NCBI GenBank assembly: GCA_963728315.1
Contig: CAVSKA010000018.1
Coordinates: 311,421-375,420 of the forward strand
DNA: 64,000 bases
From: an uncultured Bacillales bacterium
GTDB lineage: Bacteria > Bacillota > Bacilli > Bacillales > CAVSKA01
Reading direction: 5' to 3'
Under the pieces are notes generated by a model. The model saw only the letters and a program-made list of their open reading frames with translations, searched no databases and was not told the DNA's origin. Positions 22,190-31,883 of the stretch are shown here, piece by piece (position 1 is the first letter of the stretch; each line of letters begins with the position of its first letter). The position numbers were made by a program, and so were the translations under genes.

Positions 22190-22525
22190 GTCATCGGCTA
22201 TTTTCGCTTCGATTGTAATTTCTCAAAAAAGGATTTCATTACCTGATTACAGTAGATTGCTTAACTTACATCAATGTGTAACAAAATAAAATCTACGGGT
22301 ATCCTTGTTCGTTTCCGAAAATAAAGCGAATCGTAGTGTAAGGACAAAGAAGACCATCGTTTATGAAAGAAGCTTTAGAAGTAGTGAGTTGTTGTGATTG
22401 TGTTTTCTAATTTCTCTACTTCTCCTACTCAAAGTACAAATGGATCATCATCATTTGTGGTTTCCTCAAAAAAAATAAAGTTTTGGCTCAATGTAAGAAG
22501 GATTTTTAAGAAAAAAAGAGAATGA

Positions 22526-23353
22526 TTATGATAAGTCTTCCCATCCAGCTTTAATGATCGCTTTATCTTCTTGAAAGATCGCCTCTGTTTTTTTGAAAAG
22601 TTTAGTGAACGTATCTCCAATTTGACTCTCAAGAAATTCGATTCCTTTCCCTGTTATACCTCCCTTTACCATGACTAACTTCTGCAAATCTTCTAATGAA
22701 TAATTTTTTCTCTCTAATAGTTCACCCGTCCCGATCATCATTTCTTTCACTAATTCTGCACTTTTAGTATCATTTAATCCCGTGGCCATTTGGGCACCTT
22801 CCACCATCTTTTGTAACATAAAACATAAAAAGGCAGGTCCGCAACTTGCAAGATCAGCTCCTATTCGGATATGCTCGTCGTCTGTTTCTATCGGATTTGA
22901 TAAAGATTCAGCGAGTTTATGAAGAAATGCAACCCAAATCTCTTCACAATGTTGACCAAATGTAAGGAGCATACTGCCTTTTTGGACTTGATTTAGAATA
23001 GAAGGAACCATTCGTGCACATGAAGAGGGGATTATTTTTTCCATATCATCGACAGAAATCGGACTTGTTATGCTGATAATTACTTGATCTTTACGAAAGA
23101 AAGATTTGTATTGTGAAAGGATATGTACAATATCTTTTGGTTTGGCACATAAAAAAATACATTCTGTATGTGCGAGTAGCGTTTGTATAGTCGGTTCAAT
23201 CACTAATGTTGAATAGTCATCTTTCAAAGCCAAAGCTTTAGAGCCGGTTCGATTGTAAACATGAATGTCCGAAGCATTAAGTGCTCCGTTATTAATCCAT
23301 GTTCGAATGAGCATACTTCCCATTGTACCTGTACCAATAAATCCAACCTTCAT
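22526..23353 (-). CDS. comER: ComER, pyrroline-5-carboxylate reductase-like protein
   Basis: 275 aa starting MKVGFIGTGTMG. Divergent from comEA. Confidence 0.85.
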   Translation of the reverse strand: MKVGFIGTGTMGSMLIRTWINNGALNASDIHVYNRTGSKALALKDDYSTLVIEPTIQTLLAHTECIFLCAKPKDIVHILSQYKSFFRKDQVIISITSPISVDDMEKIIPSSCARMVPSILNQVQKGSMLLTFGQHCEEIWVAFLHKLAESLSNPIETDDEHIRIGADLASCGPAFLCFMLQKMVEGAQMATGLNDTKSAELVKEMMIGTGELLERKNYSLEDLQKLVMVKGGITGKGIEFLESQIGDTFTKLFKKTEAIFQEDKAIIKAGWEDLS

Positions 23354-23430
23354 TTTAGTTTCCTCCTAATAGCCCTTTTATTACAATCTATGTATGTTGA
23401 GAAAGAATAGAACGAAAGGTGGAGTTATGA

Positions 23431-24039
23431 TTGCCTCAAATACTTAAACAATATTACAAATGGATAATATTTGGAGGAGTTGTATGTGCGTTGATCCTAT
23501 TTGTACTGTACCTATTTATTCCTTCAAGACCAACGATACCAGTAGAAGCCAAACCCCTAGATCCAAAAACTGAAAAACCGCTTCCTAAAAAAATAAATGA
23601 AGTTGAGGATAAACCGATATTTGTTGATGTAAAAGGTGAAGTGAACAAACCTGGAATTTACAAAGCAAAAATTGGAGAGCGCACCAATGATTTAATTCAA
23701 CGAGCGGGGGGATTTAACAGCAATGCTGAAGAAAAAAATGTGAACTTGGCTCAAAAGGTTCAAGATGAAATGGTTATTTATGTGCCAGCTATCGGTGAGA
23801 AAACGAACTCAATATTAACACCATTACAAGAGGACGAAAGTGAGACAAAAGTAAATCTTAACGAAGGAAGTGAAGACGATTTAATGAAAATTCCAGGTAT
23901 CGGCCCTTCAAAGGCTCGATCAATTATTGAGTATAGAGAAAAAGAGGGACCATTCAAATCGATAGAAGAAATAAAAAATGTTTCTGGAATTGGTGAGAAA
24001 ACCTATGAACAATTGAAGGGTTCGATCTCAATAAATTAA
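23431..24039 (+). CDS. comEA: competence protein ComEA (DNA receptor, helix-hairpin-helix)
   Basis: 202 aa, TTG start. N-terminal TM helix, a SLBB-like region (VDVKGEVNKPGIY) and a C-terminal HhH (IPGIGPSKARSIIEYRE...VSGIGEKTYEQLK). Confidence 0.9.
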   Translation: MPQILKQYYKWIIFGGVVCALILFVLYLFIPSRPTIPVEAKPLDPKTEKPLPKKINEVEDKPIFVDVKGEVNKPGIYKAKIGERTNDLIQRAGGFNSNAEEKNVNLAQKVQDEMVIYVPAIGEKTNSILTPLQEDESETKVNLNEGSEDDLMKIPGIGPSKARSIIEYREKEGPFKSIEEIKNVSGIGEKTYEQLKGSISIN

Positions 24040-24111
24040 TTTTTTTGATTTGGGTGGGAAGATTTCTTGAATTTCGTTAAACTAATGAATAGAAGGAAGG
24101 ATGAGTTGGAT

Positions 24112-24570
24112 ATGCAAAGAATTTCATGGAATCAATATTTTTTAGCTCAAAGCCATTTATTGGCGCTGCGCAGTACGTGTACGCGTTTAACTGTAGGAGC
24201 TACGATTGTTCGAGATAAAAGGATAATAGCGGGTGGTTATAACGGTTCAATAGCTGGTGGGGTCCATTGTATTGATGAAGGATGTTATGTCATAGATCAT
24301 CACTGTGTTCGCACCATCCATGCAGAGATGAATGCCATATTACAATGTGCTAAGTTTGGTGTCCCCACAGAAAGATCGGAAATATATGTGACTCATTTTC
24401 CTTGTCTACCTTGTTGCAAAGCCATTATCCAAGCGGGGGTACAAGCAGTATACTACGCCGAGAATTATCATAATCATCCTTATGCATTAGAGTTATTTAA
24501 AAGTGCTGGAGTTCAAGTCACTCACATTCCATTTGAAAGAGGGGTGTTAATGGAAATCGTGGAGCAGTGA
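24112..24570 (+). CDS. comEB: ComEB, dCMP deaminase family
   Basis: ORF 24067..24570 with ATG at 24112. Starts MQRISWNQYFLAQSHLLALRSTC and has the zinc motifs HAEMNA and PCLPCC. Confidence 0.9.
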   Translation: MQRISWNQYFLAQSHLLALRSTCTRLTVGATIVRDKRIIAGGYNGSIAGGVHCIDEGCYVIDHHCVRTIHAEMNAILQCAKFGVPTERSEIYVTHFPCLPCCKAIIQAGVQAVYYAENYHNHPYALELFKSAGVQVTHIPFERGVLMEIVEQ

Positions 24571-24691
24571 CCAATTCATGCATACATGTGAAACGTAGTT
24601 TCACATGTATGGCTATGTTGAAAGAGAGGGTTCCATCTAGTTTGGCGGGAGAAAGTCTTTTTGCCGTCATTCGAGTAGAAAAAGGAGGATT

Positions 24692-26986
24692 ATGAACGGT
24701 ACAAAAATTTATTATTCGTTATGCGGCTTGGCTGGTGTGTTGCTTGTATTTCAATGGAAAAGCGGTCTCATTCTATTAGTAATTTTGCTCTTTCCATTGT
24801 ATTCTTCTTCATTCGATCGTCATTTTCGATTGATTGGGTTAAGTATATTTTTGCTTTTTGCTATGCGTTCACTTATGACCTCTATAAATGAACATTCACA
24901 TTATAAATCAGGAGTTTTTGCTGGAGAAATTCAGTTTATTGAAAAACCAAATATTGATGGAGACCAAATGACCGCTATTGTTAAGACAAGTCTTCATGAA
25001 AAAATTCTCCTCGCGTATCACATTCCATCTCAGAAGGAATTATCATTCTTGAAAAAAACAATCCGACCTCATATAATATGTGAGATAAAAGGGAAATTGG
25101 AAGCGCCCATTGCTCCGACAAATAAGAATGCGTTTGATTATAAGCGCTACTTACTCCATCAAGGTATACATTGGCGACTAAAAGTAAATCAATCTTCTTA
25201 TACAAACTGCTCTAAAAAATCAAATTCATACGATCTTAAATTATCTGAATGGAGAGAAAGATCGTTACAAAAAATTAAACAATCCTATCATTCGAATTCA
25301 GCCCCACTGATCTCTGCACTTTTGTTTGGGGACCGATCAATGATTGATGACCAATTGATTACTGTTTACCAACAACTTGGAATTATTCATTTACTATCTA
25401 TTTCGGGACTACATGTAAGTGCCATTTTCTCGATGATTTATTTTCTTTTGAATCGTCTTGGAGTGACACGAGAACGATCGGCCATTATCGTCGTTTCTTT
25501 ACTTCCATGTTATATCTTGTTAACAGGGGCATCTCCTCCAGTGGTAAGAGCTTCAGTAACTTTAATGGGATTCTTTATTCTATATATCATGAAAAAAAGA
25601 TGGATGAATCTGGATTTACTGAGTGTGGTCTTTTTAGTTTTGCTTTTCTATCAACCACAATATATTTATCATTTAGGATTTCAATTGTCTTTTATCATAA
25701 GTTTCTCAATTATCCTGTCTCAGTCGATTCTCCTCTTATCATCAAACAAAATAGTAACTTTATTTCTATTATCATTTATCTGCCAATTAGTAGCCAGCCC
25801 GCTATTAATGAATTCCCTAAATGGTTTTTCATTAATTAGTCCATTTGTCAATCTCATTTTTGTTCCTCTATATGTTTTTTTTATCCTTCCAATCTGCCTC
25901 TTCTCCTTTATTCTCCTTATACTTGTTCCTGGTTTTTTTCCCATTTTCGGTTGGATCATCGATGAATTGATCAATCAAACCAATCATTTTGCCTTCTTAT
26001 TAAACGACATTCCCTTTACGACCTTCCCGATTGGGTCTCTTTCAAGTACTTCTACAACTATTTTTTGCACGATTCTTTTTTGGTGCATCGTCCAATTTGA
26101 AAAAAAGAGAAAACTAATTATTTCCTTTTTTCCGCTTTTCCTTTTATTTATTTCTCTTTTCTTTATACATGCTTATTCGCCTACAGGAGAAGTTCGGTTT
26201 ATTGATATCGGCCAAGGTGACAGTATATTAATCAAAAGACCATTTGGAAAAGGAACGTATTTAATTGATACAGGTGGAAAAACGGAATTTAACGAAGAGA
26301 AATGGAGAGAAAAAAAGCATCCTTATTCTGTAGGAAAAGATACATTAATTCCTTTTTTAAAAAGTGAGGGGATCTATCATCTGAATTTGTTGGTTCTAAC
26401 ACACGCTGATTTTGATCATATTGGTGCAGCAACAGACTTACTGAAGGAAATAAAGGTAGATCAAATATTAATTACACCAGGATCAGAAGTCAGACCTGAA
26501 ATGAAAAAAATTATAAAAATAGCGACCACCAAAAAAATCAAACTGACTTACTCCAAAATTGGCATGTCTTGGGGAGAGAAAGATGAAACGTTCAAAGTGA
26601 TATCACCAGAAGATGAAACCTATGAAGGAAATAATGATTCGATTGTAATCTCCGCAAAAATGGGTGGCCTAAAGTGGATATTTACAGGAGATTTAGAAAA
26701 AGAGGGTGAAGATAAATTGTTAAAGACTTATCAGCAAAAAATAGACGTTTTAAAGGTAGGACATCATGGAAGTTCTTCTTCAACCTCAGATCAATGGCTC
26801 AATATTCTTAAACCACGTATTGCGATCATTTCGGCTGGAAGAAATAACTTATACCATCATCCTCATCCAAGCGTAATAAAGAAGCTAACCGATCGAGGGA
26901 TTCAGATCTATAGTACTCAAGAAGAAGGAATGATTAGTTATTTATATCGTGGTCAAAATGGAACCTTTCAAGTCGAGATTCCATAA
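24692..26986 (+). CDS. comEC: DNA internalization competence protein ComEC/Rec2
   Basis: 764 aa. Polytopic competence domain plus a C-terminal metallo-beta-lactamase domain (LVLTHADFDHIG...KVGHHGS). Confidence 0.92.
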   Translation: MNGTKIYYSLCGLAGVLLVFQWKSGLILLVILLFPLYSSSFDRHFRLIGLSIFLLFAMRSLMTSINEHSHYKSGVFAGEIQFIEKPNIDGDQMTAIVKTSLHEKILLAYHIPSQKELSFLKKTIRPHIICEIKGKLEAPIAPTNKNAFDYKRYLLHQGIHWRLKVNQSSYTNCSKKSNSYDLKLSEWRERSLQKIKQSYHSNSAPLISALLFGDRSMIDDQLITVYQQLGIIHLLSISGLHVSAIFSMIYFLLNRLGVTRERSAIIVVSLLPCYILLTGASPPVVRASVTLMGFFILYIMKKRWMNLDLLSVVFLVLLFYQPQYIYHLGFQLSFIISFSIILSQSILLLSSNKIVTLFLLSFICQLVASPLLMNSLNGFSLISPFVNLIFVPLYVFFILPICLFSFILLILVPGFFPIFGWIIDELINQTNHFAFLLNDIPFTTFPIGSLSSTSTTIFCTILFWCIVQFEKKRKLIISFFPLFLLFISLFFIHAYSPTGEVRFIDIGQGDSILIKRPFGKGTYLIDTGGKTEFNEEKWREKKHPYSVGKDTLIPFLKSEGIYHLNLLVLTHADFDHIGAATDLLKEIKVDQILITPGSEVRPEMKKIIKIATTKKIKLTYSKIGMSWGEKDETFKVISPEDETYEGNNDSIVISAKMGGLKWIFTGDLEKEGEDKLLKTYQQKIDVLKVGHHGSSSSTSDQWLNILKPRIAIISAGRNNLYHHPHPSVIKKLTDRGIQIYSTQEEGMISYLYRGQNGTFQVEIP

Positions 26987-27054
26987 TATACGGAGAATAG
27001 ATAAGAAAATGTAAAAGAGAGCCTTGAAAAAGGCTCTCCACAATAGAGGTTTTA

Positions 27055-27189
27055 TTAAGATCCAAAGTATTTAATGACAGTCGCAATAATAAAAATGACG
27101 GCAAAAAATAAAAAGGAAACACCAAATCCAACTCCAGAATCGACCGCATCATTCCGTTTGGACTGTACGTTTTTTTCGAATTCGCTCAT
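27055..27189 (-). CDS. yqzM: small membrane protein YqzM-like
   Basis: Lies inside ORF 27055..27318. ATG 27189 follows GGAGGGG. The 44-aa product is MSEFEKNVQSKRNDAVDSGVGFGVSFLFFAVIFIIATVIKYFGS. Same position and orientation as yqzM. Confidence 0.65.
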   Translation of the reverse strand: MSEFEKNVQSKRNDAVDSGVGFGVSFLFFAVIFIIATVIKYFGS

Positions 27190-27378
27190 GACTACCCCTC
27201 CTATTTCTATTTTAGTATAGACGATCAATAAAAAAAAATCTAGACTTCTATAGGTATTTTTCCTATTCTGACAGTTGTTAACACCAATAATATTTGAACA
27301 AATGGTGACAATAAACAAAAGTGCTACCGCTAGTCAAAAAAATTCCTAGGTTTTTTTTGTCGGCGTTCACTATAGATA

Positions 27379-27431
27379 GGGGGCTGTCCCAAAAGTCATT
27401 AAAATGGACTTTTAAGGGCAGCTCCTTTTTT
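27379..27431 (+). terminator. terminator-like hairpin with no obvious upstream plus-strand gene
   Basis: gggggctgtcccaaaagtc (27379-27397) pairs with ggacttttaagggcagctcc (27406-27425), followed by tttttt. Confidence 0.5.
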
Positions 27432-27454
27432 CATGTTAATCATTGTCTCTGTGG

Positions 27455-27625
27455 GTTTTCATTCCCAGCTGACGCGTTCAGCGGGCAAGGCTTCAATTTC
27501 CTCTGACAAACAGAAAGTTTTAGCACAGTCGTTGCAACAGGATGTTGCGCTCTTAGACTGTAATCCTTTCTCAGCGGGGCTTTCCGTTCTTGCTGTTCCC
27601 TCAGGAGTCGCGGGCTTCCACGACA
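27455..27625 (+). repeat. GC-rich intergenic repeat, full-length copy A
   Basis: Aligns by eye over about 150-170 nt with the reverse complement of 59985-60155. The 27-mer tgcaacaggatgttgcgctcttagact (27533-27559) is identical to the reverse complement of 60044-60070. Confidence 0.85.
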
Positions 27626-28041
27626 AACATCTACTAAAGATAAAAATGAATAATCTGTAAGTCATTGCTTTCACATAATCAAATGCCTAAATTTAGATAG
27701 TGTCGTGAAACCTTCCATATACGTTAGGTTCTGAAAATCTTTCTTGGATATGGTGCAGGAATAATCTGTCATCTATTCAAGTGCTTGAACGAAATTTGTT
27801 AAGCTTCGTCTACAAGAGTGAAATCCACTATAAAATATCGTATGTCCGCTAATCAAAAAAAGTCAGAACGGGTTTATCGTCTAGATCCACTTGTTCGATA
27901 AAAGTGCAGTATAGTCTGCTATCATCCAAAGATTCCGATTTATTGTTGCGCTATCTTGTAATCAACATTTTATGATAATTCTCCTTGTCTGACCATTTTC
28001 TACCACTTTTCATAAACTTTAGAAAGGAGTGAAGTTTTCTT

Positions 28042-28581
28042 ATGGCATCGTCTAATAATGACCGATTGAGTAAAGCTGTTAACATACCGAACCCCTTGTA
28101 CGAATCCTTACAGGGGCGATACTTTGTTGGACAAACGGAACACATACGTTTCAGGAAAGGAAAAAATGCGTGGGGAGGCTTAGTTAATCCGTTTAAATCA
28201 GATGTTAATTTGTTTGTAAATGCGTTTACGATAACCAATCATTCCAATCAAGCTTTTGAAGCTGAAATTTGGTTTAATCCTATTCCTCCAGGGAAGCCAA
28301 TGTTTTCGAATAATATTTCACCTGCAAATACGTCCCTATCTCCGCTTCCTAAGCCCGAAGTGAAAATCGCATATGCTGAATTTGTAGAAGGGTTTGCAAG
28401 AAAAGGGGTAATGGTATTTAGGCGTATTGTACCGTCGCAAAGCACTTTAGCAAGTGATGAAGACGGGAAGTTTATCTTTCCACCTGGCGGGTCATTTATT
28501 ATTTTTTTAGTTTCCCCCAATAATGAAATCATTCAAGCGGAAATAGCGTTCGGATGGTTTGAAAAAAATACAAGAGAATAG
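28042..28581 (+). CDS. hypothetical protein (179 aa), orphan ORF in a non-syntenic spacer
   Basis: ORF 28042..28581 with ATG after AAAGGAG. The composition looks like a real, non-repetitive protein (NPLYESLQGRYFVGQTE...NAWGGLVNP...). I cannot assign a family from memory. No TM segment or signal peptide is visible. Confidence 0.6.
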   Translation: MASSNNDRLSKAVNIPNPLYESLQGRYFVGQTEHIRFRKGKNAWGGLVNPFKSDVNLFVNAFTITNHSNQAFEAEIWFNPIPPGKPMFSNNISPANTSLSPLPKPEVKIAYAEFVEGFARKGVMVFRRIVPSQSTLASDEDGKFIFPPGGSFIIFLVSPNNEIIQAEIAFGWFEKNTRE

Positions 28582-29110
28582 CTTGATAAAAAAACTGAAA
28601 TACAAACGGTTTGTTCTTTATGAATGTGCTTCAACTATATTGTGCTTTTGTGAAGAATTGACCGGCAGAAGACGATCTATTCTTCCGAGGATAAAGAGGT
28701 CAATCTATTCAATAAGAGAAAAATAAAAAAGGACTATGGAAGGGATGAATAATAAGGGAGTATGGTATTGAAAAACTTGTTTTATTCATTTGGAGAATGA
28801 AAAAGCTACATTGTTTCTAAGGAAAAAATGAACTACGCTCATTGTCTTCTTTTGAATCTGCGCTCGACAATAAGGCAGTAATACAGCAAACGATGGAATA
28901 GAACATAATCAACATGAATAATCTCTATGATCTGTAAAAAAGCTAATGGGAAGGAACCAATGTCATTCCCATTTCAATTGTAGCTAGTCTAAGTAGTTTA
29001 TTTAACCGTTACTCAAAAATTGTGCATCATTCTTCAGTAACTCCTACTTGTCAAAATCAAAGATCTTTCTTAGGATAGAAGTATCTTGTACTTATTGGAG
29101 AGAAGCAATT

Positions 29111-30124
29111 TTGATTCAAAATATCTGGAAAAAATTAAATAATGGTCAATTCTCATCGGTATATCTACTTTTGGGAACGGAAGAATGGATGGTTGCGGAA
29201 ACGAAACAATTAATTTTAAAAAAAGCTCTTACTGAAGAAGAAGTAGATTTTAACTTCTCAAGTTTCGATTTAGAAGAAACGCCGATTGAAGTGGCTGTGG
29301 ATGATGCAGAAACTTTTCCATTTATGGGAGAGAAAAAAGTCGTTTTTATTCATAATCCTATTTTTCTTACTGGTGAAAAAGGAAAAGGGAAGACGATTCA
29401 TCAAGTTGAAAGGTTGGAAGCGTATTTAAGTGCACCTTCTGAAACTTCAATTGTCGTGATCGTGGCTCCATATGAAAAATTAGATGAAAGAAAAAAAATT
29501 ACAAAAAAATTAAAAAACGTTGCAGAATTGATTGAAGCAAAGAAAATGAATGAGAGGGAGATAAAAGGTTGGCTTCGTGAACGTGCTCTGATGAATCAAG
29601 TTCAGATCGAAGAAAGGGCTATAGACCGTTTAATTGAGCTGTCAGGTACAAATTTAATGATGTTAATGAATGAAATGGATAAATTATCGCTATCACTTAA
29701 AGATACGAAAATGATTGATATTGAGGTAGTTGAGGCTTTAACAGCAAGATCACTTGAACAAAATGTGTTTACATTAGTAGAGGTAGTTGCGCAAAAAAAT
29801 GTAAAAAAAGCTTTGCAACTCTATTATGATTTATTAAAACAAAACGAAGAGCCTATTAAAATTGTTGCTCTTCTTGCAGCCCAGTTTCGATTAATGTATC
29901 AAGTGAAAGAACTGGCTCGAAAAGGATATGGTCAACAGCAAATTGCCACACATATTAAAACACATCCATATCGAGTTAAGTTAGCAATCGGTAAGGCAAA
30001 TTCGTTTACGGAAGAGGAACTTGCCTTATTAATTGAAAAACTTGCAGAGGCAGATTGGCAATTGAAGACGAGTCAATTTCCGAAAGAAATGGTCCTTGAA
30101 ATGGTCCTGCTGCAATTCGTATAA
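29111..30124 (+). CDS. holA: DNA polymerase III subunit delta
   Basis: ORF 29048..30124. Probable TTG start at 29111 after GGAGAG. About 338 aa, with ...SVYLLLGTEEWMV... matching the HolA/YqeN N-terminus and length. Confidence 0.88.
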   Translation: MIQNIWKKLNNGQFSSVYLLLGTEEWMVAETKQLILKKALTEEEVDFNFSSFDLEETPIEVAVDDAETFPFMGEKKVVFIHNPIFLTGEKGKGKTIHQVERLEAYLSAPSETSIVVIVAPYEKLDERKKITKKLKNVAELIEAKKMNEREIKGWLRERALMNQVQIEERAIDRLIELSGTNLMMLMNEMDKLSLSLKDTKMIDIEVVEALTARSLEQNVFTLVEVVAQKNVKKALQLYYDLLKQNEEPIKIVALLAAQFRLMYQVKELARKGYGQQQIATHIKTHPYRVKLAIGKANSFTEEELALLIEKLAEADWQLKTSQFPKEMVLEMVLLQFV

Positions 30125-30217
30125 ATAAAAAATAAAGATTTTTCTTTAGGATAAGTGGAAGGAAAACGGCACTATAAGATCGAACGAAGATTGATGATAT
30201 TACAATCCATTCTTTTT

Positions 30218-30279
30218 GACAAACAGCTAATAAAAAAACGACTCTATGAGAAGAGTCGTTTTTTTATTAGCTGTTTGTC
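30218..30279. terminator. bidirectional terminator, 28-bp perfect palindrome between holA and rpsT
   Basis: gacaaacagctaataaaaaaacgactct (30218-30245) is the exact complement of 30252-30279. The right arm includes the last codons and the stop of rpsT. Confidence 0.8.
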
Positions 30280-30530
30280 GAGTTTAACTTAGTAGTCAAA
30301 CGAGATTTTTGACGATTGGCTGCGTTTTTGTGGATTAATCCTTTTTGAGCAGCTTTGTCTAATTGCTTAACAGCAGATTGATGAAGCTCAGTTCTGTTTT
30401 CCTCTTTATTCTCAACAGCAGCTTCAAATCTTTTGATAGCTGTGCGCATTGAAGATTTCACTGAAGTATTCTGTGCGTTTGAAGCTTCACTTGTTCTTAC
30501 GCGTTTAATAGCAGATTTAATATTCGGCAT
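30267..30530 (-). CDS. rpsT: 30S ribosomal protein S20
   Basis: ORF 30267..30539 with ATG at 30530. Starts [15 protein letters not shown]. Confidence 0.95.
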   Translation of the reverse strand: MPNIKSAIKRVRTSEASNAQNTSVKSSMRTAIKRFEAAVENKEENRTELHQSAVKQLDKAAQKGLIHKNAANRQKSRLTTKLNSTNS

Positions 30531-30724
30531 TCCTGTCACCTCCTAAAAAGGCATCGTTCGAGACATTTTCATGGTCGAAATCGTTTGTATATTAATAATC
30601 AGAACAAGAAATATACTATCAGAATAAAGCTCATAATGCAATACTCTATGATCTAAAAGAATGAATAATCCTTTTTTTTGACACACTAAAAAGAACATAG
30701 ATGGGAAGGTAGGAGGAAAAAGGT

Positions 30725-31813
30725 ATGAAAAACAACAAAAAGTTAGTGTCAAGGACTGATTTAGCCATTGAAGCAAAAGAAATGGTTGTCACGCAAGAAA
30801 ACGATCCAGTCATAAATGGCCTCATTATTAAAGAACATACGATTAACAACATTGAAATTACAGAAGTTGTTATCGAAAAACAAGCCGAAGAAAAGGTTGG
30901 GAAGAAAGCAGGTACGTATTGGACAATTGACTTCCAGTCCATTCGTGATCAAGATATTCATTTGCAGCAAATGGCAGAAGAAGTATTCGCAAAAACCATA
31001 AGGGAATTCTTAATAAAAATGAATATTGATCCTAAAGCGACCTGTTTAGTGGTTGGACTTGGGAATGAACATGTTACTCCGGACGCTTTAGGTCCACTCG
31101 TTTGTGATCATATTCTTGTGACTCGACACCTTTTTGAACTTCAACCAGAATCACTTGATAAAAATATGAGGTCGGTTTGTGCGGTTGCTCCTGGAGTTAT
31201 GGGTGTAACAGGTATAGAAACAAGTGATATTTTGTTTGGAGTGGTCCAAAAGGTTAAACCTGAATTTATAATTGTGATTGACGCTCTAGCATCTAAGTCC
31301 CTTGAACGTGTAAATACAACAATCCAAATTACGGACACAGGAATTCATCCTGGATCAGGGGTAGGGAACAAGCGTAAGGAAATAAGCAAAGAAACACTAG
31401 GGATTCCTGTAATGGCGATTGGTATCCCCACCGTTGTAGATGCAGTCTCAATTGTTTCAGATGCAATGGATATGCTCATTAACCATCTTGGGCGTGAAAA
31501 AAATGAGAGCAAGAAACCGTCACACTCGTTGGTTCCATCAGGTATGTCATTCGGCAAGAAAAACAAACTTACACACAATGATCGACCTGAAAAACAAGAG
31601 GTTCAATCATATCTCGGAATGGTTGGGTTACTAGATGAAGAAGAGAAGAGGCAATTAATTTTCGAAGTTCTTAATCCTTTAGGTCATAATTTAATGGTTA
31701 CACCAAAAGAAGTGGATGGATTTATACAGGACATGGCCAATTTAGTGGCTACAGGACTCAATTCGGCCCTTCATGGTGGACTTGGTGATGATCCGGGATT
31801 TCATACAAAGTAA
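30725..31813 (+). CDS. gpr: germination protease GPR
   Basis: 362 aa. Contains [10 protein letters not shown] and [16 protein letters not shown]. Confidence 0.93.
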   Translation: MKNNKKLVSRTDLAIEAKEMVVTQENDPVINGLIIKEHTINNIEITEVVIEKQAEEKVGKKAGTYWTIDFQSIRDQDIHLQQMAEEVFAKTIREFLIKMNIDPKATCLVVGLGNEHVTPDALGPLVCDHILVTRHLFELQPESLDKNMRSVCAVAPGVMGVTGIETSDILFGVVQKVKPEFIIVIDALASKSLERVNTTIQITDTGIHPGSGVGNKRKEISKETLGIPVMAIGIPTVVDAVSIVSDAMDMLINHLGREKNESKKPSHSLVPSGMSFGKKNKLTHNDRPEKQEVQSYLGMVGLLDEEEKRQLIFEVLNPLGHNLMVTPKEVDGFIQDMANLVATGLNSALHGGLGDDPGFHTK

Positions 31814-31883
31814 GAACTAGAAGTTCTATTTTTCCTTTCTGGCACATATAGTTTTACTAGATTATGCCAGAGAGGGTGGAGTC

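Noticed and set aside
27321-27674. ORFs 27321..27506 (+), 27433..27660 (+) and 27459..27674 (-)
   Set aside because: They run across the orphan terminator and repeat copy A. They have no RBS, mutually overlap on both strands, and give peptides typical of translated repeat DNA.
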